NCBI GenBank assembly: GCA_963663405.2
Contig: CAXXSM010000083.1
Coordinates: 1-37,631, forward strand
From: a bacterium
GTDB lineage: Bacteria > Hinthialibacterota > Hinthialibacteria > Hinthialibacterales > Hinthialibacteraceae
Direction of reading: 5' to 3'
DNA: 37,631 nucleotides
Part shown: one piece after another, positions 1-10,300 of the stretch
How positions within the stretch are numbered: the stretch's first letter is position 1
How the letters are laid out: each line of letters starts with the position of its first letter
Translations under genes and position numbers: made by a program
Notes under the pieces: generated by a model
What the model was told of the DNA's origin: nothing
The model's database searches: none
The model's input: the letters and a program-made list of their open reading frames with translations, nothing else

Positions 1-1507
1 ACCAAATCCGCCGCTTCCAAAATTCGTTTCAATGGATACCGATCCGGACGCCGCGCCATCTCATACGGCGTTGAGCCTTCCGAACGAATGTGCATTTCCG
101 CTTCCGGAAGTAATCCCACATCCCGCGTGTCTTCCATCCATTTTCGATGAACGTTGCGCAGTTTTTCTAAGATATCTTTATGATTAGGGGAATCCACTAA
201 GTTAGTGAATCTCATGTGGATCGGTTTCCGTATCATAGAGTTCCTCAATCGGTTTCGTTGGCCCCATCATAAACGCCGCAGGACCGGACAGTTTCTTCTC
301 TTCGTTTAACCGGCGCAGTTCTTTCATGATCGACGCCTGATCAGGATAGAAACTGGTTTGGATATAGGGCAGGTGCGGCATGTAATTCCGGATATATTCA
401 TACCGTTTATCACGCACGGACCGCGAGATTTCATACGCCTCATCAACACGGCTTGACGCGCCGAAGGTATAGTCCGGAGCCGGGCCCGTCTGCTCGCCGA
501 GAAACGCCGATCCCTGCATATATTGAGGAATCGGCAAACCAACCAAGCTTAATATTGTTGGCGCGAAGTCCACAAAACTCACCATTCGTTCAACGGCCTG
601 CCCCGGTTTCATCCCCAGAGCCTTCTGATATTTTTCAGGCGCGCGGATCAGTAATGGCACATGAAGCCCAGAATCATACAGCGTCCGCTTGCAGCGGGGA
701 ATCCCCAAACCCTGGTCAGAAAAGAAAAATACGATTGTGTTATCCGCCAGACCGTCTTCTTCCAACTGCTGAAGCCGTTCACCCACTTGTTTATCCATGA
801 GAGTGATCAAGTTGTAATACCGCGAAAAAAATATTCCGCGTAACGGGCGTATCAGGATAATAAGGAGGCAAGGTCGCCTGAGCAGGATCGTGCCGTTCAT
901 TGGGGGAGAGTTTTGACGTGTATTTCTCATAGAACTCATCGTCCGTTCCATTGATCTGCCCTTGGTGTGTTGTCATGATGTTGAAAACGCTGAAAAACGG
1001 CTGATCGGATTTACGGCGGCGCCAATGCGCGGTTGGACTCGACTCGTCCCACATAGTATCGTCTTTAAAATTATAATCTTCTTTATAATTATTCGAGCAA
1101 TAGTATCCCGCTTTTCGCAGAAGATGAGGAAGCGTCTGAATCTCATCCGGCAAAGGTACTCTCGACCGGAGATGCTGCGTTCCGAGCGATGTAGCGTATA
1201 CACCGGTGATCAGACAGGAACGGGAGGGAGAACAAACCGGCGCCACTGCGAACGCGCGGCTGTAAAGCGTCCCCTTTTCCGCAAACCGGTCCAGGTTGGG
1301 TGTCAGGGAGTACGAATCTCCATAACAACCCAGTTTCGGACCGATATCCTCACAGGTGATCCAAAGGATGTTGGGTCTATCATTCTGTTTTCTTCCAGAT
1401 AACTGTCCCGTCTGCCCAATGCGTCCAGAGATTGTGAGAGCCGAAGCCGAAAGACCAGCGGTTTTCAGAAAATCACGGCGGTTTTTCATACGTGAATTCA
1501 TATTCAT
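1..1507 (-). pseudogene. Tat-exported sulfatase (formylglycine, Cys-type), interrupted by two +1 frameshifts and running off the left edge
   Basis: ORF 791..1507 has a twin-Arg signal (RRDFLK), PNILWITCED and the CSPSR motif. ORF 202..951 continues it (SRYYNLITLMDKQVG...TIVFFFSDQG...LYDSGLHVPLLI...EELYDTETDPHE). After the TAA at 202-204 the +1 frame reads NLVDSPNHKDILEKLRNVHRKWMEDTRDVG... open to base 1. Likely start is ATG 1501 (GAGGGG 7 nt upstream). The shifts could be sequencing errors rather than a true pseudogene. Confidence 0.85.
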
Positions 1508-1530
1508 TCCCCTCTCGTATCGTATTTCAT

Positions 1531-3393
1531 TCAGAGTTTCGCCAATCGTAGAATGACATCTTCCGGTTGTTGCTGCGCGGAGATCATGGATTTCTTACTG
1601 ATCAATCGCTCCACCTTCCCATCGCGAACCAAGAAAAAATGACCGGGTTTCAAAGCGGGTAAATGGCTTGTGGCGTCCAACCGGCATTCACTCAACATCG
1701 GTTTCACTTTTTTAATTGAGGTTTCTTCCTTAATCCGGCCAAGAAACCATGTGCGAACCGTATCCCGGCACTTATAATCAAAATCCCCCGGACTCTGTGT
1801 CGCTAAAAATACGGAAACACCGGCGGACCGCGCCCGGCGGAGTAAGTGCTCCATCGGCTCCTTCGCGGCGGGTTTGCGGGTAGCGGGCAGATAGATATCC
1901 GCTTCATCAAACAATACAATCGCTTGCAGCTGGGGGCATGGATGACGGCCGATCCAACGCCCCATCTCAATTAAAAACTGCGCAATCCAGAAATCCACAT
2001 CCTGCGTTTCGCCAAGAAATTTCGTGCAAATGATACTCAACCGGGTTTTTCCCGCGCGTCCAGATCCACTCGTTCCCAACAACTGTCCAATATCCAACCG
2101 TTCTCCCTTCCCTTGCAGGAGTTCATTTTTTGTGAAGCGGATCGTTTCCAAATCTGTAATCAGTGTTTTAAACAATTTAGAATCAAGCCGTCCAATCGTG
2201 TTCATAAATCCTGATTCCCGGTTATCAAGAAGCAGAACGATTTCATCAATGGTAATGTCCGTTTGAGGAGCGAACTGGAGAAGATAGGTAATCGCGCATT
2301 GAAGGATCGCCTGTTTGGGATTATGAACGCTGGATTGAGGATATCCAATCATCCGGCAAATTGAAGTGGCCGCCTGCTGGGCGATCTGATCCCGTTCAAC
2401 GCGACCCAGGTCTTGTGCGTTAAAAGGCGCCAAAGCGATTGAAAGTGATCGGCCGCGTGAATCCCCCGGTGTGTATACGGCGATTTCCACACGCTCTTTT
2501 AACATTTCCCGCATCTTGGCGCCTTCATCGGAAGCCGGCGCATTCCATGACGCGGGATTCGCGTAACTGCTTAAGTCACCTTTTCGATCGATCATAATCG
2601 CGGGAACGCCGCGCACAAGACACTGTTCAATTAATGCCAGCGCCGCCGTCGTTTTCCCGCAGCCCGACCCCCCAACGAACGCCACATGGCGTATCAATTC
2701 ATTCCCCTCTAAAAAAACAGGCTGAACGGCGCGGTCATCCGTCCATCCGGCAGTAATTTTTGAATCCTCATTTGCTGGCAAATCAACCTGAGACTGGACG
2801 GCAAGAGAAGATTTGATTCCATTACTTTTTAAAGTTGATCGCCGGCCGTTTTCAACACCAGCGTCAAAGGACTCCTGTTCAAACGCCGTTTGAACACAGT
2901 CCGATAAATCAAAAATCGCTTGAACGCTGGGAAGGCGGGACAATGGTTTCGCGCGGCGCAGCCAAGTGAAGAATTCCGGTTTCGCCCGGTTACGCTTATG
3001 AAATTCTTGAAAGGCCATCATCGCGCGCCAATCAGAATCTTCAATAACCACACACCGCGCGCCTTTCTTAATCAGACCGCCTAAATATTGAACGATCTTG
3101 CTGGCGGGAGCGCTTGGGAATTCAGCCGTTCGAACAATGATAATCCGGCCCGCGCTGACAGAGGAGACAAACTCTTTAATCTCCCGTTCAAGTCCTCCAC
3201 CTCGGGCGTCTTTGTTGCAAAGACCAATTACGAGTGGCTCTATCCAACCGTTTACTTCGATACGATTATTCTGAGCCTTGATTGAGAGCGTAGAAGTATC
3301 GTCCAATTCCCGGGAACTGATCATGAGAGACTGCGCGAGAATCTGCGTGAGTTTAACGGATTCGACCGGAGGCTGCAAAGTATTGTTGATCAA
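1531..3393 (-). CDS. HerA/FtsK/VirB4-superfamily ATPase (DUF87/DUF853-like); probably the C-terminal part of a fusion with 3413..4705
   Basis: RHVAFVGGSGCGKT (Walker A), MIDRKGD, IVLFDEADIYLP (Walker B), LLRRARSAGVSVFLATQSPGD (Arg finger and ATQ motif). The frame stays open upstream of the TTG start to 3453 (KPALSDRENATAFERAWNDCL). Confidence 0.85.
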   Translation of the reverse strand: MINNTLQPPVESVKLTQILAQSLMISSRELDDTSTLSIKAQNNRIEVNGWIEPLVIGLCNKDARGGGLEREIKEFVSSVSAGRIIIVRTAEFPSAPASKIVQYLGGLIKKGARCVVIEDSDWRAMMAFQEFHKRNRAKPEFFTWLRRAKPLSRLPSVQAIFDLSDCVQTAFEQESFDAGVENGRRSTLKSNGIKSSLAVQSQVDLPANEDSKITAGWTDDRAVQPVFLEGNELIRHVAFVGGSGCGKTTAALALIEQCLVRGVPAIMIDRKGDLSSYANPASWNAPASDEGAKMREMLKERVEIAVYTPGDSRGRSLSIALAPFNAQDLGRVERDQIAQQAATSICRMIGYPQSSVHNPKQAILQCAITYLLQFAPQTDITIDEIVLLLDNRESGFMNTIGRLDSKLFKTLITDLETIRFTKNELLQGKGERLDIGQLLGTSGSGRAGKTRLSIICTKFLGETQDVDFWIAQFLIEMGRWIGRHPCPQLQAIVLFDEADIYLPATRKPAAKEPMEHLLRRARSAGVSVFLATQSPGDFDYKCRDTVRTWFLGRIKEETSIKKVKPMLSECRLDATSHLPALKPGHFFLVRDGKVERLISKKSMISAQQQPEDVILRLAKL

Positions 3394-3412
3394 ACAATCG
3401 TTCCACGCGCGC

Positions 3413-4705
3413 TCAAACGCAGTCGCATTCTCCCTGTCGCTGAGCGCCGGTTTCTAGAATCACTTCCGGCGGGGGCGGCATCTGACCCGCCGCTGCCTTA
3501 TCCAGGTATTCCCGCAGCCAATTCAGCGCATCGCGGGTACGTCGTTTCCCTAATCGTTCAATCTCAGACGCTGGAATCGGCGCGGTTGGATCAGCGGGAT
3601 CAAATACGACATTCATGCGTCTAAAAAGATAACGCAGCCGGTACTCTGCAAGCTGTTTAATCTCTTCCACTGTACGCTGACTGTCTAGAACAACCGGTTC
3701 CGGATCAATCTCGATCCGGTCTTGGATCGACTTCGCCACTTCATCTTTCAGTTTTAAATAGTAATCCTCTAAACAGCTGATGATGACCAAACAGGCGGGT
3801 ATCCGGTCGGCTATATCACGCGCGGCCGTCATGACGCGCCGGAATTGGACCTTTGCGTCTTCCATATTGTAAATATCCTCCATCTGATCCAGACAGAGGA
3901 TAAGAGGCGTATGATGAGCCGCCCACATGAGCCGGCCAATCCATTCAACAAGAAAAGCCGGATCTTCTTTCCGGTTTCTTGGAACGATCCCACCGAGTGA
4001 GTGGCGATAGCGCGGCGAAAGGTTTTCACACCGAAGGTATTTCAACACCAGATTCTTCAAATAAGGATCGTTTCGCTGCAGATAAAGAAACGCGGATATC
4101 AGATCGATATCGATCCCATAAAAACGCGGTTCCTTCACAATACATTTCGCCATAAACGAGACGGCTTTTTGTACACCCTCCAGGGAGATATCCTTTTCGC
4201 GAAAAGCCGTCATCAATTCCTTTCGGACACTCATTTTGATTCGCTCAACAGTAGATCCACTTACAAACGTGTCCGCTAGCGCATTAGATAGACGTATCAA
4301 TCCACTTGTCGATGTGCGGGTTTCATAATAGGGACGATCAAGAGATTCAATTAGATACCCAAGAATATATCGGGAATAATCTTCTGTTTCGGAACTCATC
4401 TGCATGTAGCCGAAATAGCCCAGGCTCCGCTGGTGTGTGGTATTCCGAAACGCGCGGAGAAGATGTGTCTTCCCCGCGCCGGATTCCCCTAACAAAAGAA
4501 GAATCCGTCCGGATGTAATATCCGGCGTGTTAATAGCGCGGTCAAGCAATCGCTCAAAGGCCGCCCGCGCCTCCACGTGGATGGCTTTCACATCAAAGGG
4601 ATCTTCTTTCCAAATATCATGACGGTATGAAACGGAATGAAAAATCTCAGGCGCGTTTCGGTCACAATAGGCTTTTAAACGTGGATCATGAGGAGAGAGG
4701 TTCAT
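3413..4705 (-). CDS. AAA-like P-loop ATPase; probably the N-terminal part of a tandem ATPase fusion
   Basis: ILLLLGESGAGKT (Walker A), LILCLDQMED (Walker B-like). ATG overlaps the upstream stop (ATGA, 4702-4705), with GGAG RBS. Ends just after a Pro-rich linker (GQMPPPPE). Confidence 0.8.
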   Translation of the reverse strand: MNLSPHDPRLKAYCDRNAPEIFHSVSYRHDIWKEDPFDVKAIHVEARAAFERLLDRAINTPDITSGRILLLLGESGAGKTHLLRAFRNTTHQRSLGYFGYMQMSSETEDYSRYILGYLIESLDRPYYETRTSTSGLIRLSNALADTFVSGSTVERIKMSVRKELMTAFREKDISLEGVQKAVSFMAKCIVKEPRFYGIDIDLISAFLYLQRNDPYLKNLVLKYLRCENLSPRYRHSLGGIVPRNRKEDPAFLVEWIGRLMWAAHHTPLILCLDQMEDIYNMEDAKVQFRRVMTAARDIADRIPACLVIISCLEDYYLKLKDEVAKSIQDRIEIDPEPVVLDSQRTVEEIKQLAEYRLRYLFRRMNVVFDPADPTAPIPASEIERLGKRRTRDALNWLREYLDKAAAGQMPPPPEVILETGAQRQGECDCV

Positions 4706-5745
4706 TCGTCTCCTCCATCAAAGCGGATGAAATGATAACAGGCGTTTAAATGCCTTGTTTCCGACGCGGCGACATCTCCAGGATCCATCGCTTCCACGAG
4801 ATCCGCGCGGCTCAACGTTAACAATCCGTTCTGATGCGCCTCGACAAGACGCGATTGGAACGATTCTTTGTCCAAGTTATAATTACGATGCATTTCTCGA
4901 AACAGCCACCATACATGTGAGATAAAAATCTTTTGCGTACCAAACCAGCCCGTTTGACAATTCCGCGCGGTGAGAATGACATTCTCCGCGAAAGCCGATA
5001 GATCAAACGTCGCGTTGGATTGAGACTCATCTACAGTTCTGTTTTTTGGCGCAGCCGTTTCAATCCCATCGACGAGACTACGCAACGCCGCCATCTGTAA
5101 TTCGCTTTTATCGCTTCTCCGCGCCCCAATCTCTTGAGAGGGCAGCAATTTTGCCAATTGTTCTAATGTCTGACGCCGGGGAGTATTCACCAAAGGATTC
5201 AAGAGATGTTCCTTCACCGCGTTCAAGTGAAATGGCGCGTCTGTCTCTACATCCAACGCCCGCCACAGCAGCGCGTCGAAAGCCTGTTTGAGCGTCGGGA
5301 ATTCCGGCACTTTCAGCGCGCGTTTTTTTTGAAGGATCGCTGCGCGCAGCCCATCCACCTTGGCCAGCCGGTCTTTCTGCTTCTCGTTATCGAGCCGCAA
5401 ACCAAGCGAGAGAGAAACGAGATAAACATTCTTTAATCGTCCCCAAACCGTCTTCTCCGGAATTTCATTCACCCCCAAAAAAGCAAGCGCCGCTTCCCTT
5501 CCCTTCGCGGTTAAAACCGCGCGTACGCTTCGTTTCGCTTTCGTATTTTCGATTAAGCCGTCATTAAAAAGAGACGTCCAGCATGTCTCAAACAAACCAA
5601 TCCATTCTTCCCCCAAAATCCGGTGCTGTACAAGCGGTGACAAATCCTTTCGAACATTGATGGGTGTTAAACCAGAATCGCCTGGATCTAAAAGACGTGT
5701 CAAAATTAAATATCGAATCGCGTCATCGGAAGGTTGATATTCCAT
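4702..5745 (-). CDS. Uncharacterised ~347-aa protein, possibly with winged-helix domains, translationally coupled to the ATPase
   Basis: Long ORF; ATG at 5745 has a GGCAGGA RBS (the track start at 5781 is TTG). Basic, helical N-terminus ending in a wing-like 'GLIE...AVLTAKG' segment; C-terminal segment GWFGTQKIFISHVW...LVEAHQNGLLTLSRADLVEAMDP. The fold call is inference. Confidence 0.75.
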   Translation of the reverse strand: MEYQPSDDAIRYLILTRLLDPGDSGLTPINVRKDLSPLVQHRILGEEWIGLFETCWTSLFNDGLIENTKAKRSVRAVLTAKGREAALAFLGVNEIPEKTVWGRLKNVYLVSLSLGLRLDNEKQKDRLAKVDGLRAAILQKKRALKVPEFPTLKQAFDALLWRALDVETDAPFHLNAVKEHLLNPLVNTPRRQTLEQLAKLLPSQEIGARRSDKSELQMAALRSLVDGIETAAPKNRTVDESQSNATFDLSAFAENVILTARNCQTGWFGTQKIFISHVWWLFREMHRNYNLDKESFQSRLVEAHQNGLLTLSRADLVEAMDPGDVAASETRHLNACYHFIRFDGGDE

Positions 5746-5956
5746 GATTTCCTGCCCCCAATCGTTCCTGCGAACCAGCAAAATCCGAAGCTTTTATTGT
5801 ATACCCTTGAATAGAAGTGTTTAAAGAGGCGTCCTCCAGAATATAGAATTGGATTTTTTAATACTCATTCTATCTTCATGCGATTTTCAGCAAAAAAAAA
5901 GATCAAAAAACGAAAAAGTAAGAATTATACAACAAATAGAATTCATCAAATCGATG

Positions 5957-5985
5957 TTGCGTTCTTGTGAAGAATATCCTATCCT
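5957..5985 (+). promoter_or_regulatory. Possible sigma70 promoter for the ABC-type ATPase
   Basis: TTGCGT-N17-TATCCT in an AT-rich divergent intergenic region, 36 nt before ATG 6022. Confidence 0.3.
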
Positions 5986-6021
5986 AAATTCGGATCGAAT
6001 ATTCTAAAACACGGTAAAACA

Positions 6022-7305
6022 ATGCTAATTGAATTCTCCGTAACTAATTTTCGCTCGTTTAAAGACCGGCAATCATTGAGTTTAGTGGCGAATAATCAAG
6101 ATCACGATCATACGGACAGCCTCATCAGTTTAAAAGAGATTGGTCTCGATAATGTGAATCTGATCAAAAGCGCGGTGGTTTATGGAGCGAACGCGGCGGG
6201 GAAAAGCAATCTGTTCAAAGCGGCGCGGTTCATGCGTGAATTTGTGCTGGATTCAGCGGAGAACGCAAAATCAAGGATGGAGACCGGTACCGCACCGTTC
6301 CGGCTCGATATGGGATACGCCAACGCGCCCAGTGAATTTGAGATTATCTTCATTCATGAAGGTATTCGCTACCAATATGGTTTTGTTTTGGACCGAAAAG
6401 CCGTGCATAAAGAATGGTTGTACGTCTTCCCAAAAGGAGAGCCGGAGAATTGGTTTCTTCGTCTTTGGAACGCGGATGTCAGGAAATATGCGTGGCAGTT
6501 CGGTGAAGAATTAAAAGGAGATCCCACCCGGTTGAAAGGGATTACGCCCTGGAATGTATTATTTCTATCCAACGCGGCGAAAGAGAACCATCCCCAATTG
6601 ACGAAAGTGTATGAGTGGTTTTTAAACTCTTTCCAATTTATCGATTGTTCCTCGGAAGATTTCGATCCTCAATATACAATCTCCATGATGAATTCCGATC
6701 CTATTTTGAAGAAAACGATCGGCGACCTAATGAAACAGGCGGACGCGCGGATCACCGGTATAGACATCGAAACACATGCCGCCAGTGAAATGGAATTACC
6801 CGCCGATTATCCTGAAGAAGCGAAACAGGAACTGCTAGAAGAATTTCAGGGGATGGAAGTGTTGAATTTTCAAATGCGCCATCGGTCCACCGATCCAAAA
6901 ACCGATATTGCGTTTGACAGGGAGGAGGAATCTTCGGGCACATTGAAATATTTTTCCCTGCTTGGCCCTTGGCTGGATTATTTAACGAATGGGGTCACGA
7001 TCTTCGTGGATGAAATCGACGCCAATATGCACCCCCTATTGACACGTTATCTGATTCAGATCATCAATCTACCCAGCAATGATGAAGGAGCGCAATTGCT
7101 ATTTACAACACGCGACAGCGCCCTCATTGACATGTCACAGTTCCGCCGGGATCAAGTCTGGTTTGCCGAGAGAAACCGGGGAGGCGCGACAGTGATCTAT
7201 CCCTTGACTCACTATAAATCAAGTAAGACCAAACCGAAGGAAAAAGATTTTATCGAAGGCCGTTTCGGTCTGATTCCCTTTTTGAAAAGCGAATTTCCTT
7301 TTTAA
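6022..7305 (+). CDS. AAA_21 / RloA / AbiEii-like ABC-type ATPase
   Basis: MLIEFSVTNFRSFKD N-terminus, VYGANAAGKSN Walker A, ESSGT signature, IFVDEID Walker B, ANMHP D-loop, AQLLFTTRD (H-loop position), FRRDQVWFAE and GRFGLIP C-terminus. Confidence 0.9.
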   Translation: MLIEFSVTNFRSFKDRQSLSLVANNQDHDHTDSLISLKEIGLDNVNLIKSAVVYGANAAGKSNLFKAARFMREFVLDSAENAKSRMETGTAPFRLDMGYANAPSEFEIIFIHEGIRYQYGFVLDRKAVHKEWLYVFPKGEPENWFLRLWNADVRKYAWQFGEELKGDPTRLKGITPWNVLFLSNAAKENHPQLTKVYEWFLNSFQFIDCSSEDFDPQYTISMMNSDPILKKTIGDLMKQADARITGIDIETHAASEMELPADYPEEAKQELLEEFQGMEVLNFQMRHRSTDPKTDIAFDREEESSGTLKYFSLLGPWLDYLTNGVTIFVDEIDANMHPLLTRYLIQIINLPSNDEGAQLLFTTRDSALIDMSQFRRDQVWFAERNRGGATVIYPLTHYKSSKTKPKEKDFIEGRFGLIPFLKSEFPF

Positions 7306-10300
7306 TACAGGCGCCAAGGGGATATAAATGTCGCGGGATTCGTCGGCTCCGGTGTGGGTTCAGGCTCGCTGATGGAAAAAATCAATCGAGGACGAAGTTC
7401 AGGAGCAAGCCCTTCGCTGCTATGAAATCTGTGACCAAGCCATTCAGTACCTTCCGTACGCAACAAAAATCCATAGTTGGACGCTTCATTATTGATCCAT
7501 AAACGTACCAATTCCGTTACATCCCAATCCACCCAAGTTGGTTCGCTGAACGCTGGAATGGTAGTTGTCGTGTAAATAAAAGGATCAAAATCCCCTCCTG
7601 GCGTTCTCCAAGCGGAACCGGGCGCGGCCAATGTCCATGTAACGCCATCGGGAATATAACCAGCGCCGGGATATGGATTATCTCCCGTTCCTTCTATCCA
7701 GGGAGACGTAAGCCGGAAAACGTTCACGACTTGCGGACGTTCATCTCCCGCGTCAACATTTTGAATGTGATAGAGAGATAATACAGCGCTATCAATTTCT
7801 ATCCCATCCGGTATCGGGCTAAGGTCGAAACGGATCAAAATACGGTGACGTTCGACATCTTCTCGAAACGTGCCTAGCACATCCCATCCACCCAGCTGTG
7901 TCGTTTCCTCCCAGAGATTCGTAATCACAGCGTCGGCCACACCTGTATAGTTCACATCCGGGCTGATTCCTCTTTGAAAGATCCAAGTTCCTGGACCTAT
8001 GGGAATGCTTGTGGGTTCCAGTTGCGGTGGATTGGTATCCGTGGGAAGCGGAGTCGGCAAAGATGTGACTGTCGGAATGGGTGTAAAGACAGGTTCTTGC
8101 GTTGGAGGGGATGTTTCAATCGGTGGAACGGGGGTTGGGATTTGTTCATCCGCTTGAACGAAATGAAGAAAGATCGTTCCCGCCGCGACGGCGTTAACCA
8201 GCTCTTTGCTCGAATGATAATGACTTAAATCCCCTTCATAGAAGGGGTCTTGGCTGCCAGTGTTAAAACTGGGAATGGCGTATTCCTCCATCCATCGAGA
8301 CTCGCCCGTGATCGCGTAAGCCAGGGCGAACGCGTCCGCCGCAAGAAGCATCCACGAGTTGATTTCATTACCCGTGCATCCGCTGAACCACGCGCGATCC
8401 CCATCCCGTGTCATATGGTTGGCCATTGCTTGGAGCGCATGTTCAAGAGCGGGTATCGCCTCTTCATTCAACGGTTCTCCCGCGTCTAACGCGGCGAGAA
8501 TGTATTCCCCATGGCTGCGCGCAAATAACGCCGACGTCCAGCTGCCACAAGTAAAAGAATCCTGCATGCATACATACCAACGTGCGGCGTTACCCGCGCC
8601 AACAAGATAAGCGTGATCGCCGGTAAGACGCCATGCCCAAACGAGAATCCTTTGCGCATTCGCAATAGAACGGAGTGTATCTGTCCCATAGCCTTCTCCC
8701 GAACCGGCGCCCCACGCCAGCGCCGCGCAGGGATCACTGCCGCTATTCCGCAGCCGCCAGAGGGTGTTATCCGCCATTTCAATCGCCGCTTCACGTGTCA
8801 CCTCATCCCCCGTGAGAAGCGACCAAGCCACCAAACCGGTGACGCCATAGTAGAGATCTGGATGAGGGCTGTTGCAATTCCGATGAGGATTGGTCAATCC
8901 ACTTTCATCGTGCATGCTGTGTCCCCAAGCGCCGCCATCATACCAATTGCGGGTAGATTCGTATCCTCGAACACGAGCGTGATAGATATCGATATCAGCA
9001 AAATGGCGATTGGAGATTTCCGCCCATCGCCACCATTCCTCACCATTGATACGCAACGCCTGATGGAGGAATCCTAGGCTTACGTCATATTTCACGTTAT
9101 AAGGGCTTCGGCCATCTTCAAAATCAGTTGGCAAATCGCCGAAATCGGTCCACCCAAATAAATCCCACTGAACTTGCGCGTCGTTCACACTGGCCGCCAA
9201 TCCATCCCGGTTCTCCCGTGTGGGATCGAACTGCGCGTCGAGGTAGTCTTCATAATCAAAAAACTCATCCTCCCGCCGAGGTCCAATGTATCCAAGACCG
9301 TGAGTCGAACGAAGCCATGAAAAGGCTGAATGCGCGATTACATCCCCAGGAGGCGTGGAGGATGGGTCAAGCGTAATCCAAACATCGTGAGTTTTCTGTT
9401 CACCCGTGCGGAATCGATGATCGATGGAGTATTCACCAGGAAACATCCCCAATTCCAACCGTCCCTCTCTTGCGCGCAGGGCTTTGGGGAACAGTTCGCG
9501 AAACCAAGGAACATACATCTGAATTCCCCCCGCTGTCAAAATCCCTTCCGCGATGTTTCCAGTTTCCACTTCCACACCATCACGCAGATGGACAAATCCA
9601 CGCCGTATAACTCCAGACTGCATACGTGGCCCTTGTCCCACATAGAAATCCCAATTTTCAGTCCCACTCGAATCCTGATAGAGAATTTCCTCCGAACCTT
9701 CTGGATTCGCTAAAAGAAGCGACCATGTAATATCATCGAAAGCAATCATTCCAGGACTGTTAAGGCCTTGAAAAATGGGCTGACTGGAACTGACTTCACA
9801 ATCACCATTATCAGCGCCGGGTACTTCCCATCCCATCGAAGCGGGGGTATGGTTCGTCAATGTCAGACGGACACGGACATAGGGAAGCCCAGCGAAGAAA
9901 TGAATACGCGCCGTAAGATCGAGACCATGAACCGCTTCTTGAGAACGTAAACAAACCATTGTCCGCAATGGACCGCGTTCGATAAATTCGATCTGCGCGG
10001 GCCGTTCAGGAAGATCCCATGTAGCGCCGAGGACACGGGCGCCGCCGTCTGGACCTTCAATGGATTCAAAAATATTGTTGTTAGGCGCAATGTGATAGCG
10101 CCCAGCTCCCGTATCAATGACAAAGCTTCCATCGCCTGAATCCGTCACGGTTATCACTTGTGATGGAATAGGAGATTCTCCCTGTTCCAACCAATATTGA
10201 TTCCCAGCTTCCGCTTGAAAATCCACAAGCAACCATGAAATCGTATCGTCAATTCCCGAACGAGCGGAATTTCGGATTTGGCTGGGAATCGGACCGTTGG

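Noticed and set aside
825-831. Programmed frameshift or phase variation at the A7 run in the sulfatase
   Set aside because: The run is short, and a second non-homopolymer break at ~204 would still truncate the protein; error or decay is simpler.
1531-3393. Assignment to a known HerA system (NurA-HerA, Sir2-HerA, DUF4297-HerA) or to conjugative VirB4/TraD
   Set aside because: No recognisable nuclease, sirtuin or T4SS gene is adjacent, so no gene symbol was given.
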